Below are positions 9,675 through 18,989 of a stretch of DNA of 64,000 nucleotides, piece by piece. The position numbers and the translations under genes were made by a program. How positions within the stretch are numbered: the stretch's first letter is position 1; each line of letters opens with the position of its first letter. The notes below the pieces were generated by a model. It was given only the letters and a program-made list of their open reading frames with translations. It searched no databases and had not been told where the DNA came from. The stretch lies in assembly GCA_965202665.1 (NCBI GenBank), contig OZ241841.1, forward strand, positions 1,792,001 through 1,856,000, in the 5' to 3' direction. This DNA comes from Candidatus Spongiisociaceae bacterium. GTDB taxonomy: Bacteria > Actinomycetota > Acidimicrobiia > Spongiisociales > Spongiisociaceae.

Positions 9675-11195
9675 ATGACGGAGGAGCGGGTCCTCGCCGC
9701 CCTGGGCTTGGGTGAAAGCCATTCGGGGGTTTTCCACGGGGTTTGGGCGCCGGGCGGGGGGGAAACGGTGCCGTCCGTCAACCCGGCCACCGACCGGACG
9801 TTGTGCCGCATTTCCTTAGCCGACGGCGATGATTACGACCGAACCGCGGAGGCGGCGGCGGAGGCTTTTCGCAAATGGCGCCTGATTCCGGCCCCCGCCC
9901 GGGGCGAGCACATCCGCCGCATCGGCTTGGCCCTGCGCGCCCGCTGGGAGGAACTGGGCGCCCTTATCACCTTGGAAACCGGCAAGATTTTGGCTGAAGG
10001 CCGGGGGGAGGTGCGGGAAATGATCGACATCTGCGACTTCGCGGTCGGCCTTTCCCGCCAACTGTACGGGTTGACGATGACTTCGGAGCGCCCCGGCCAT
10101 CGCATGTTCGAACAGTGGCATCCGCTGGGGCCGGCGGGGGTGATCACCGCCTTCAACTTCCCGGCGACGGTCTGGTCGTGGAACGCGGCGGTCGGCGCGG
10201 TGTGCGGCGACCCCATCCTGTGGAAGCCCTCCCCCCGGGCGGCGCTGACCGCGGTGGCCGTCACCCGCATCTGCGCCGAGGTGATGGAAGGCACCGGGGC
10301 GGAGGCGGTGTTCAGCCTGGCGGCGGGCGGGGCCGACATCGGGGAGCGGATGGCCGCCGACCGGCGGTTGCCGCTCATTTCCGCCACCGGTTCCTGCGCC
10401 ATGGGGCGGCGGGTGGCCCCGGCGGTGGCGGGCCGTTTGGGAAGAACCATCCTGGAATTGGGGGGCAACAACGCCATGATCGTGATGGACGACGCCGACT
10501 TGGATTTGGCGGTGCGGGCGGCGGTGTTCGCGGCGGTGGGGACGGCCGGGCAACGTTGCACCACCCTGCGCCGCCTGATCGTCCATTCCGGGATAGCGGC
10601 GGAGCTCACCGGGCGGCTGGCGGAGGCTTACCGGAGCATCCCCATCGGCGACCCCATGCGGGAGGGGATTCTGATGGGACCGCTCATCTCCGACCAGGCG
10701 GTGCGGGACATGATGGCCGCGTTGCGGACCGCCCGCGACCAGGGGGGAGAGATTCTGGCCGGGGGCCGACAGACGGCCGTTGAAGGTTTGGCCGACCGGT
10801 TCGTAACGCCCGCCCTGGTGCGGATCGGCCGGGAAGCCCCCATTCTGGCCGAAGAAACTTTCGCCCCCGTCTTGTACGTGGTGGAGGCCCGCTCTTTGGA
10901 AGAGGCGATTGAAATCAACAACGACGTCCCCCAGGGCTTGTCCTCCGCCCTGTTCACCGATTCGCTGGCCGGGGCGGAGCGTTTCCTGTCGCACCGGGGT
11001 TCGGATTGCGGGTTGGCCAACGTCAATATCGGCACTTCCGGGGCGGAAATCGGCGGGGCTTTCGGCGGGGAGAAAGACACCGGCGGCGGGCGGGAATCCG
11101 GCTCCGACGCCTGGAAGGCCTACATGCGCCGTCAGACCTGCACCGTCAACTGGGGCGGGGAGTTGCCGTTGGCGCAGGGAATAGAATTCGGATAG
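9675..11195 (+). CDS. amaB: Aldehyde dehydrogenase family 7 (piperideine-6-carboxylate / aminoadipate-semialdehyde dehydrogenase)
   Basis: ITAFNFP, LELGGNNA, GTAGQRCT, GAEIGGAFGGEK.TGGGRESGSDAWK.YMRRQT, LPLAQGI. Confidence 0.88.
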   Translation: MTEERVLAALGLGESHSGVFHGVWAPGGGETVPSVNPATDRTLCRISLADGDDYDRTAEAAAEAFRKWRLIPAPARGEHIRRIGLALRARWEELGALITLETGKILAEGRGEVREMIDICDFAVGLSRQLYGLTMTSERPGHRMFEQWHPLGPAGVITAFNFPATVWSWNAAVGAVCGDPILWKPSPRAALTAVAVTRICAEVMEGTGAEAVFSLAAGGADIGERMAADRRLPLISATGSCAMGRRVAPAVAGRLGRTILELGGNNAMIVMDDADLDLAVRAAVFAAVGTAGQRCTTLRRLIVHSGIAAELTGRLAEAYRSIPIGDPMREGILMGPLISDQAVRDMMAALRTARDQGGEILAGGRQTAVEGLADRFVTPALVRIGREAPILAEETFAPVLYVVEARSLEEAIEINNDVPQGLSSALFTDSLAGAERFLSHRGSDCGLANVNIGTSGAEIGGAFGGEKDTGGGRESGSDAWKAYMRRQTCTVNWGGELPLAQGIEFG

Positions 11196-11198
11196 CCG

Positions 11199-11852
11199 AT
11201 GGACGAATCCGCCGGCCATATCGCCCCCGACTCGGTTCACGAAAGCGGCACTCCGGCCGCTTGGAACGAACGTTATTCCACCCGGGGAATGGTGTGGGGC
11301 AGAGGGCCCAACCGGTTCGTGGCCGAATTTGCGGCCGATTTGGAACCGTGCCGGGTGTTGGATTTGGGGTGCGGGCAGGGCCGCAACGCGGTGTGGCTGG
11401 CCGGGCGGGGGCATCAAGTGACCGGGGTGGACTTGTCCGAAGTGGGGATCGCCGACGCCCGCGCTTTGGCGGCGGAAGCCGGGGCGCAGGTTGCGTTTCT
11501 GGTGGCGGATGTAGCGGAAGATTGGACCCCGCCCGCGGGAGGCTTCGATTTGGTTCTGCTTTCCTATCTGCAACTCCCGGAGGCGCGGCGGCGGGCGGTC
11601 CACGCCAAAGCGGAGCGGGCCCTGGCCCCGGGCGGGCGGGTGTTCCTGATCGCCCACCATTCCGACAACATCGCCCACGGAGCGGGCGGCCCGCCCTATC
11701 CGGAGGTGCTGTTCGGCGAATCCGACCTGGCCGCCGACTTCGCCGGCCTGGAAATCTTGCGCAACGAAAAGGTTTTCCGACCGGTGGAAGGCGAAGACGG
11801 TTCGACGCGCGACGCCCACGACATCCTGTTCGTAGGCCGCAAACCGGCCTGA
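11199..11852 (+). CDS. Class I SAM-dependent methyltransferase
   Basis: W.ERY, PN, VLDLGCGQGRN, L.PGG motifs. Confidence 0.88.
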   Translation: MDESAGHIAPDSVHESGTPAAWNERYSTRGMVWGRGPNRFVAEFAADLEPCRVLDLGCGQGRNAVWLAGRGHQVTGVDLSEVGIADARALAAEAGAQVAFLVADVAEDWTPPAGGFDLVLLSYLQLPEARRRAVHAKAERALAPGGRVFLIAHHSDNIAHGAGGPPYPEVLFGESDLAADFAGLEILRNEKVFRPVEGEDGSTRDAHDILFVGRKPA

Positions 11853-12050
11853 CCGGGGCGGCTTTTCGCCCGCCGCGCCGCCCCGTTTCCCGCCTGATTT
11901 TGAGGGTTGCGGGCGGGGCGGCTAAAATGCGCCCGAAACATCCGGAGCGCCCTCCGGGTGCGTTGACTGCGGGGCGCGTCGGCGGCGGACAAGGGGCGCG
12001 CCGTCGTCTCCCCAAGACGGCCCTGCAAATGGAAAATCAAGGAGGACAAA

Positions 12051-13085
12051 TTGTCTTATCGCGCCATGTACATTTGGTCGGACGGCACCGAACCGACGCC
12101 TTTGTTGCGTTCCAAGACCCACATCTTCCCGGACGGGAAAGACCCGGTGGTTTGGGGTTTTGACGGGTCCAGCACCATGCAGGCCCCGGGGGACGAGTCG
12201 GACGTGGTGTTGAACCCGGTGAAAGTGGTCCCCGACCCGTTGCGGGGCGGCGACGACGTGCTGGTGCTGTCCGAGTGCCTCACCACCGACATGAAGCCGC
12301 ACCTGACCAACACCCGCGCCGCCTGCATGGAAGCCGCCGAGCGCTACAGCCATCACAAGACCTGGTTCGGCATGGAACAGGAATACACATTCTTTCAGGA
12401 CGGCGGCCCGCTGGGGTTCCCGCGGCGGGGCTTTCCCGGACCGCAGGGTCCCTACTACTGCGGGGTGGGCGCCGGACGGGCGGCCGGACGGGAAATCGTG
12501 GACAAGCACAGCCAGGCCTGCATGGACATCGGCCTGTCCATAGTGGGCACCAACGCCGAAGTGCTGGTCGGGCAGTGGGAGTTTCAGATCGGCCCGTTGC
12601 CGGTGGAGGACATGGCCGACCAGTTGGTGCTGGCCAGGTGGCTGCTGTTGCGCATCGCCGAAGACTACGGAGTGGAAGTCAGTTACGACTCCAAGCCGGT
12701 TCCGGGCGACTGGAACGGGGCCGGATGCCACACCAACTTCTCCACCCTGGAGATGCGGGAAAACTACGACGCCATCATCGAGGCCTGCGAGGCCCTCGGC
12801 CAGCCGGACCGGGTGGGTTTGCACATCGCCAACTACGGGCACGGCATCGAAGACCGGCTGACCGGCCATCACGAGACGCAGCGTTACGACACGTTCTCCT
12901 ATGGCGTGTCGGACCGGGGGGCTTCCATCCGCATTCCCTGGCACGTCCCGCATGAAGGCGGCGGCTATGCGGAGGACCGCCGCCCCAACGCCAACTGCGA
13001 CCCGTACCTGGTTACCCGGCTCATCACCGAGACGGTGTGCGAGGCGATCGAGGCCAAAGAACGCGCGCTCGAAGCCAAGAACTGA
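12051..13085 (+). CDS. glnII: Glutamine synthetase type II
   Basis: LRSKT, WGFDGSST.QA, GMEQEY, QGPYYCGVG, NAEV..GQWEFQ, GDWNGAGCHTNFST, RLTG.HET, DRGASIRIP, EDRRP..N.DPY; TTG start after GGAGG. Confidence 0.95.
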   Translation: MSYRAMYIWSDGTEPTPLLRSKTHIFPDGKDPVVWGFDGSSTMQAPGDESDVVLNPVKVVPDPLRGGDDVLVLSECLTTDMKPHLTNTRAACMEAAERYSHHKTWFGMEQEYTFFQDGGPLGFPRRGFPGPQGPYYCGVGAGRAAGREIVDKHSQACMDIGLSIVGTNAEVLVGQWEFQIGPLPVEDMADQLVLARWLLLRIAEDYGVEVSYDSKPVPGDWNGAGCHTNFSTLEMRENYDAIIEACEALGQPDRVGLHIANYGHGIEDRLTGHHETQRYDTFSYGVSDRGASIRIPWHVPHEGGGYAEDRRPNANCDPYLVTRLITETVCEAIEAKERALEAKN

Positions 13086-13117
13086 GCAACGCTACGGGGT
13101 GTGAAACAGGGGGTTTT

Positions 13118-13157
13118 AGCCGGGGGCCGGTCGCCAAGGGCCGGCCCCTCGGCTTTT
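13118..13157 (+). terminator. Intrinsic terminator hairpin between glnII and the convergent gene
   Basis: agccgggggccggtc-loop-ggccggcccctcggct followed by TTT. Confidence 0.75.
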
Positions 13158-13171
13158 GGATAGGGGACGGC

Positions 13172-13828
13172 TCAGCTGGTCCCTTGCAGGATTATGTTGC
13201 GGATGTCATCCGCCGCCAAGTCGAACCCTTCGGCTTCGGCCCGGAATTTGAGCAGGGCGGTGCGGCGCAACTCCCCGGTGTCGGGGGCCCGCAGTCCCTG
13301 CAGCACTTCGCTGGCCGCGGCGGCGATTTGCAACGAAGACTGCTGGGCGAATTGGTGGGCTTCGGACAGGCCGGTAACCGAGGCGGGGGGCGTGCGCAGG
13401 TCCACCGTTTGGCTGAACACCAGGGCCCTCGCCTCCAGTTCCTCCATGGCGGATTCGGTTTCGGAGTAGGTGGCCCCGCTTTCACTCCGGTTGTCCCAGT
13501 CGGCGTTGGCCCGGTCCATGTCCACCACCAGTTCGGCCAGGGTGGCCTGGTCCTGGGTGAGGTTGTCCAGGTAGGTTTGCAACTCGGCGGACAGCAAAGT
13601 GGTGGTGGTAGTGGACGGCTCCGCAACCGCCCCGTCCCCGGAGGCGGCGGTGGTGGCCACCACGGTGGTGGCGTCGGCGGCGGTTGTGGTGGTGGTGGAA
13701 GGGGGCGTGTCCTCGGGGATCTCGTCGGAGGTGAAACGCTGCACGAAAAACCAGGTGAATGCCACCATGCCCAACACCACAATGGGGAGCACCCACCGTC
13801 CGGGTTTGGGATCTGGGTTTCGGTACAT
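13172..13828 (-). CDS. Membrane-anchored hypothetical protein with Thr-rich linker and helical domain
   Basis: MYRNPDPKPGRWVLPIVVLGMVAFTWFFV transmembrane segment; good codon bias. Confidence 0.75.
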   Translation of the reverse strand: MYRNPDPKPGRWVLPIVVLGMVAFTWFFVQRFTSDEIPEDTPPSTTTTTAADATTVVATTAASGDGAVAEPSTTTTTLLSAELQTYLDNLTQDQATLAELVVDMDRANADWDNRSESGATYSETESAMEELEARALVFSQTVDLRTPPASVTGLSEAHQFAQQSSLQIAAAASEVLQGLRAPDTGELRRTALLKFRAEAEGFDLAADDIRNIILQGTS

Positions 13829-14008
13829 CGCCTTTAACCATAGTGGCCGGTTCGCGCCAAACAGGATACTAGTTGAAATCGTCCGCGCCGGGCATATCGG
13901 CAATGCGGATAAGGGGAAGGCTTGGAACGGAGGCCGGGTCCCGGTTTGCCGGCTTCTGTCGCAGACGGGTGATATTCTGGATGGCGCGTCCCCGACCCTA
14001 TGGCGGCT

Positions 14009-15223
14009 ATGAAACGGAATCATCCCTACGGCCTGTCGCCGCATACGCAAAGATGGCTGGCGGCCGCTCCCGTGGAGCATCGCAAGCGCCTCGGCCAGTA
14101 TATGACCCCGGCGTTGTTGCGGGAGAGGCTCTTGGACCATTGCGGCCTTTTTGCGGGCATGCGGGTGCTGGATCCGGGGGTGGGCACCGGCGAGTTCCTC
14201 CGTTCCGTCCAGGGCCGCTGTCCGGGGGCGGAGTTGCACGGGTGGGATGTGGACCCTTCGGTTTTGTCGGTCGCCGCCGAGAACGCGCCGGAGGCGCATC
14301 TCAGGGAGCGCTCGGCCCTGGAACCCTACCGGGGGGAGCCCTTCGATTTGGTGGTGGGCAACCCCCCCTATTTTCAGTTCAACGCGTCGCGGGAGACGCG
14401 CGCCTACTTCGCCCGGGTCATTTCCGGCCGCGTCAATATTTTCTCCCTGTTCTTCCAGGTCGGTTTGGAGGCCCTGCGGCCCGGCGGGCGGTTGGCCTAC
14501 GTGATACCTCCTTCTATGAACAACGGGGCCTATTTTGAGCGATTGCGCGAGTTTCTGATTCAGCGCACGGCGGTGGAATTTCTGGAAATCTATCGCGACC
14601 AGGCAATGTTCGACCACGCCCAGACCCCGGTTCAGTTGCTCGTCCTGCGGAAAGGGGGTGAGGACGCGGGCCGCCACGTGTTCGTAAGGCAAAGCGGGAG
14701 CAACGGTTTTCGGCGAACCATTTTTTCGGAAAACCCGGCTGAGATGGAGGCTTCGTTTTACGGCAGGAGCACCCTGTTCGACCTGGGTTACGAGGCGGTG
14801 ACCGGCTCCATCACCTGGAATCAACACAAGGCGGCCCTCCGGCGTAAGCCCGACCCTCCGGCGGTGCCGTTGATATGGGCGCATAACATCAGGGATGGGA
14901 TACGGTTTGCGACGGACCACAAACGGCCGCAGTTCATCGCCACCGACCGCCCCGCCCTGGTCGGGCCTGCGATTGTGTCCAACCGCATCGTGGGGGCGGT
15001 CGGATCCGCCGAGCTCAGGTGCGCGCTGGTCCCCGAAGGGATGGAGTTCGTGGCGGAGAACCACATAAATGTGATAAGGCGGCACGGGGGCTTTGCGCCG
15101 CAGGCGTCTTGGAACGAGTTGCTGGAGTCCCTGCAGTCTCCGGAAACAGCCGAGCGGGTCCGCCTGCTCACGGGCAACACGCAGGTGTCGGCCACGGAAC
15201 TGACCCACCTGTTACCTGTTTAG
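14009..15223 (+). CDS. N6-adenine DNA methyltransferase (TaqI/Eco57I-like, gamma class), orphan
   Basis: GQY.TP, VLDPGVGTGEF (motif I), VVGNPPY (motif IV), L.PGGRL.YVIP; no adjacent endonuclease. Confidence 0.88.
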   Translation: MKRNHPYGLSPHTQRWLAAAPVEHRKRLGQYMTPALLRERLLDHCGLFAGMRVLDPGVGTGEFLRSVQGRCPGAELHGWDVDPSVLSVAAENAPEAHLRERSALEPYRGEPFDLVVGNPPYFQFNASRETRAYFARVISGRVNIFSLFFQVGLEALRPGGRLAYVIPPSMNNGAYFERLREFLIQRTAVEFLEIYRDQAMFDHAQTPVQLLVLRKGGEDAGRHVFVRQSGSNGFRRTIFSENPAEMEASFYGRSTLFDLGYEAVTGSITWNQHKAALRRKPDPPAVPLIWAHNIRDGIRFATDHKRPQFIATDRPALVGPAIVSNRIVGAVGSAELRCALVPEGMEFVAENHINVIRRHGGFAPQASWNELLESLQSPETAERVRLLTGNTQVSATELTHLLPV

Positions 15224-15519
15224 GGCCCGGCCAACGGATTTACCTGTCAATCCACACCTGGAAGCAGACTGTCCGCACCCAGTGCTTGGATTCCACTTTC
15301 CTTCCACTGCTCTTGCACGTATAGGAGTTTTTATAGTTTGGATAGATTCGGGCGGTTCGGTCGGACGAGACTCCTCGGACCTTCGCTTGGGCTCGTGCTA
15401 TTGCGGACCCGGTTTTCACCCGGCGGGATATTTGATCGACGATGATGGTTTCACCCTCTTCAAAAGGTGGACAAGGGCCGGAACGTCCGGCTGCTACCCA
15501 CCACAGAAAGGACAAAGCA

Positions 15520-16059
15520 ATGAACAACATCACCATCGCCGAAGCGATGCGTCTGCTCGGCGCACTCCCCGGCGACACCCACCAGCAACTACGGCAACGG
15601 CTCCGGTCCCACCCGGACCCTGACACCGTCCAGCACGCCTACCTGCTACTCCGGGACCTCCCCGACCCTTTGCCCTCGCCCCGCCGGTGGGAACGGCGCA
15701 GACGGGACGTGTTTGCCGAGGTGGCATACGAGTGGCACGCCAAACCCCCACGGCCCCCCAAACCCCCCTGGCAGCCCAAACCACGGCAGCCACGAAGCAG
15801 TGCCGTAGCCGGGTTTGCTTGCTACTTCGCTATCAAAGCGTTGCTCCTCGTAGGCATCTTTCTGCTGGGACCCGCTTTGCCGTCCAACGGTCTGGTCTGA
15901 GACAACCAACCGAACATCCCGGAGGTTCCGCCGGGGACGGCCACCATCACCAAGACGCTGGTCGATGACCATCTGGTGGTGGACGTGTCAGTCCACAAAC
16001 ACGACCTTTGGGGAGTGGTCCAAGTCTACGACCGCCGGTGGCGGGAAGTAGAGGGGTGA
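15520..16059 (+). pseudogene. Hypothetical membrane protein interrupted by an in-frame TGA at 15898-15900
   Basis: GAAAGGA RBS, J-domain-like start (EA.RLLG...HPD), TM helix. The frame stays open and protein-like for 52 codons after the TGA. Confidence 0.4.
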
Positions 16060-16280
16060 CCCCCGGTAGGCCGTAGTCAGGCTCGGTCATCGCTTTCCTG
16101 ATTAGCCGCTCGAATTCGTCAAAGTCCGGCATATCGCTCTCCTGACCGGCAACATTGCCGGCTCTAGGGTACCCGGTTGGCAAATTACCGAAAACGAGCT
16201 ACTTGTTGTTTTCGTTTTTATGGGGTATGTTGATAAGTGCGAGACAAACGAAGGGTTGCGGGGGTGGAATGGAGGACGAA

Positions 16281-17111
16281 ATGTCCAATTCCTCTTCGCC
16301 GGAAGCCGGGGATGTGGTCACCGAGCACATCCCCTGGGAACATCTGACCGTCCAACCGCCCAAGGACCGTCGGATGCTGTGGTACGGGATCGCCGGCGGG
16401 ATGCTGGCGGTGGGCCTGCTGGCGGTGCTCATTTCCCGACTGGGCGGGTCGCCGGGGGAGATGCGGCCGGTTGTCCCGGTTGCCGCTCCCGCCGGGGCAG
16501 CGGCGCAGACCGCGGTCGCCGAGCCGACCGAGGCGGCGGCGCCGGCGGTCGCAACTCCGGCCCCGGCTCCCGCTCCGCAACCGGTGGCGGCCCCCCTCCC
16601 GGAGCCGACTCTCCTGTCGGAGGCCGATCTGATGGCCGCGGGCGGGGCCGTTTCCCATTTGGGGGCGGCGGCCGCGGCCGAATGGTTCGTTCTGGAGTTC
16701 TTCACCCTGGATCCGGCCGAACCGTGGGGGGAGCGGGTCGCCGCCGCCTCCGGGTTGATAGTGCCCGCCGAGGCGGCCCCCGTTCCGTCCGAGGCGGAAA
16801 CCGTGTCCTATGTGGAGTGGACGCGGGCTCGTTCGGTGGAACAGATCGGGTCGGACCGGTTTCGGGTGTCGGTGCTGATGAGACGGATGGTCGCCCCCGA
16901 CGGCGAGGTTTACCGACGCCTCCCCGCCGAGGAGGCGGTGGTGGAAATAACCGCGGAGCCGGGCGGCCTGATGCGGGCCGCTTCCCTGCCCGTGCTAGGC
17001 CGGCCGTCCGCAGGCCAACCCCGGGCCCTCCCCCCGGAGTCCATAGCCCGCCGCCCGGACGGAGACGGCATAGACTGGCCCGCCGCCGTTTTAGTAGCCA
17101 CAGTCCAATAA
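16281..17111 (+). CDS. Membrane protein with TcpC/VirB8-like extracellular domain
   Basis: GGAGG RBS, single TM, Ala/Pro linker, A..AE.FV..FF...YVEW...V.V pattern reminiscent of TcpC; family assignment is inference. Confidence 0.55.
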   Translation: MSNSSSPEAGDVVTEHIPWEHLTVQPPKDRRMLWYGIAGGMLAVGLLAVLISRLGGSPGEMRPVVPVAAPAGAAAQTAVAEPTEAAAPAVATPAPAPAPQPVAAPLPEPTLLSEADLMAAGGAVSHLGAAAAAEWFVLEFFTLDPAEPWGERVAAASGLIVPAEAAPVPSEAETVSYVEWTRARSVEQIGSDRFRVSVLMRRMVAPDGEVYRRLPAEEAVVEITAEPGGLMRAASLPVLGRPSAGQPRALPPESIARRPDGDGIDWPAAVLVATVQ

Positions 17112-17112
17112 C

Positions 17113-17152
17113 TAGTGTGGGGGGCCCGCAAGCGGGCCCCCCACAACTATTT
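17113..17152 (+). terminator. Intrinsic terminator hairpin
   Basis: gtggggggcccgc-aa-gcgggccccccac immediately after the stop at 17111. Confidence 0.8.
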
Positions 17153-17229
17153 CCGGTGATGTCGCCTGAACTCAGCCGGCTCCCCGACCCCTAGCCCTGC
17201 GAATCAGCGGGTCGTATCCGGATTCCGTT

Positions 17230-17970
17230 TCACCTGGCGTTACTGTTGCCGCCGTTACGCAGATTCCTGATTAAAGCCCCTGCTATAACAACAATTTGGG
17301 TGATGGCAATTCCAGCTGCCCATCCAATTCCTGCTGCCCATCCCCCGGATTCCGCTGTGACTATAACTGTTGCTACTCCTAAGCTGGCTAGAATTGTAAC
17401 GATAATAAGAGAAAACGCGATCCGTTGGCTTCTAGCAGTGGCTTTTGTGCGCGATTCCGTTATTTTGCGATCTATATCCATACGGTGTTCGGCTTGCGCA
17501 AAGTAAAGACCTGTCAATTTCTTCGCAAATCCCGGTACTATATCGTTAAACTCCTTTAAATCGTTTGGAGTAGGCAGAGGACCTGACCCTTCCTCCACTT
17601 TACTCGCCAGGAGTTGGCTTTGATGCGTATCATCGGGAATGGATATTTCCCCGCTGTTTTGAGCGGTGTCGCCTGACGGATTGGGTTGATTATCCTGGGC
17701 GCCGGGTAAATCAGTCACGGCGAAATCAATGCATCGCCTTCTTTTGGGGCGGCCCCTGTTGCCCGTCGTCGGCGTGTCGGTTGGCCACCCTCCCGTTACC
17801 TTGCGGAAATCGTTGTTCAGCGCCTCCCAGTCGTACTTCCAGGCGGCGGCGGGGTCTAGGGCTGAAAGATCGAACTGCTCCCTGTCGTAGGTGCCGAAAA
17901 GGTCAAAGGCCCTAATCATCCCGCTCCGGAAGGAGGGCTGGTTTTTGACGAGGTTGGTGCCGATGGCCAT
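17230..17970 (-). CDS. DUF2335-domain membrane protein with fused N-terminal module
   Basis: SGPLPTP..L.EF..IVPG.A.......Q.EHR followed by two TMs; AT-rich; GAAAGGA RBS before ATG 17970. Confidence 0.7.
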   Translation of the reverse strand: MAIGTNLVKNQPSFRSGMIRAFDLFGTYDREQFDLSALDPAAAWKYDWEALNNDFRKVTGGWPTDTPTTGNRGRPKRRRCIDFAVTDLPGAQDNQPNPSGDTAQNSGEISIPDDTHQSQLLASKVEEGSGPLPTPNDLKEFNDIVPGFAKKLTGLYFAQAEHRMDIDRKITESRTKATARSQRIAFSLIIVTILASLGVATVIVTAESGGWAAGIGWAAGIAITQIVVIAGALIRNLRNGGNSNAR

Positions 17971-18024
17971 AGCTTGTCCTTTCACTTTGAGCTGGATGTT
18001 GCCTGCGTTCCCATGTTAACGTGC

Positions 18025-18474
18025 TCAGCGACGGGCGCGGGCTTGGGTTACCAGGGTTAGGAACTCCGGGACCTGGTAGCGGGCTATCGCCTCGCCGATT
18101 ATCTCCAGGGGAAGGTTTTCCAGTTTTCGGAAGCGGATGCAGCTTTTGCCCATGTCCAGCCGTTTGCCGGTGGCCCGGTAGGCCTCCAAGAAACTTTCCC
18201 GGGCCTCGTCGTCGGCGTACACCCCGGTTAGGTAGACGGCCATGTGGTTTTTCTGGGAGGCCAGGGCGGCGTACATCAGCGGCTGGCCGTTGTAGGTGTC
18301 GGGTTGCACCGACAGCGGCACCTCGTAGGTGATCATTCCCCACCGCATCACCTCCTCGTATCCCTCCGGCAGGTTGGCGAGGACGGCGTCCCGCACCGTC
18401 TCGATCGCCTCCCGCCGGTCCGGCGGCAACCCGTCTAAGTATTCACCCACCGTGGCCGCCTCCGAGCGCATCAT
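18025..18474 (-). CDS. DUF1801 (YdhG-like) protein
   Basis: LP.GYEE.M.WGMI.YEVP, ALASQKNHMA.Y, LDMGKSCIRF. Confidence 0.88.
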   Translation of the reverse strand: MMRSEAATVGEYLDGLPPDRREAIETVRDAVLANLPEGYEEVMRWGMITYEVPLSVQPDTYNGQPLMYAALASQKNHMAVYLTGVYADDEARESFLEAYRATGKRLDMGKSCIRFRKLENLPLEIIGEAIARYQVPEFLTLVTQARARR

Positions 18475-18563
18475 CCGCCTCCTTGTCGCCCCGCTCCGTC
18501 AGTCATTCACGCTAGCAGAACCCGTCCCGGTTCCCCCCGGCCGCCGTTCGGGCCGGGGCTGGC

Positions 18564-18592
18564 TTGACCTGCTGTGCGGCGGGGTGTAATAT
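18564..18592 (+). promoter_or_regulatory. Sigma-70-type promoter of the riboswitch leader
   Basis: TTGACC-17 nt-TAATAT. Confidence 0.7.
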
Positions 18593-18608
18593 GCGGGGCG
18601 ACGACGCG

Positions 18609-18686
18609 CTCATCCAGAGCGGTGGAGGGACAGGCCCTGCGAAGCCGCGGCAACCGAGACACCGGTGCCAATGCCTGAACGATGAG
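18609..18686 (+). ncRNA. SAM-I (S-box) riboswitch with minimal or absent P4
   Basis: CTCATCCAGAG..GGAGGGACAGGCCC..GAAGCC..GGCAACC..GGTGCCAA..GATGAG. P1 CTCATC/GATGAG and the SAM-I core are present. Confidence 0.88.
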
Positions 18687-18751
18687 ACAGCCGACGGCGG
18701 AAACTCCGCTCGCGGCGCTTCTGAGGAGCGCGTAGGACGAGAGGAGAACCG

Positions 18752-18856
18752 ATGGGAAACAAACCTCTCCCAAACGCCCCCCGGCGGGGTATGGGAACCA
18801 TGTGTTGTCCCGGCTCTCGGGTGATCCACCCGGGCAGGCCGCGGCGCCGCTCGTAA
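18752..18856 (+). CDS. Putative leader peptide MGNKPLPNAPRRGMGTMCCPGSRVIHPGRPRRRS
   Basis: GAGGAG RBS 5 nt before ATG, directly behind the riboswitch; clustered Met/Cys codons. Confidence 0.45.
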   Translation: MGNKPLPNAPRRGMGTMCCPGSRVIHPGRPRRRS

Positions 18857-18989
18857 CGAACGCACCACCCGAGAGCAAACCCAAGCCCGGCGGCTTGGCG
18901 CGGCGTTCAGAACCCACCCCCTAGGGGCCCCCGCCCCATCCATACCGGCGGGCGCGCCCCTTTCCGCAAACAATCAAAGGAGATGACAA

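Noticed and set aside
11961-12050. CGTTGAC start resembling a glutamine (glnA) riboswitch upstream of glnII
   Set aside because: The GGAAGTA/GAAG E-loop elements and the closing CAACG are missing.
15947-16132. Short ORF MPDFDEFERLIRKAM with an RBS and a small tcagga.agcgat duplication
   Set aside because: It overlaps the opposite-strand continuation of the 15520 ORF and has no recognisable domain.
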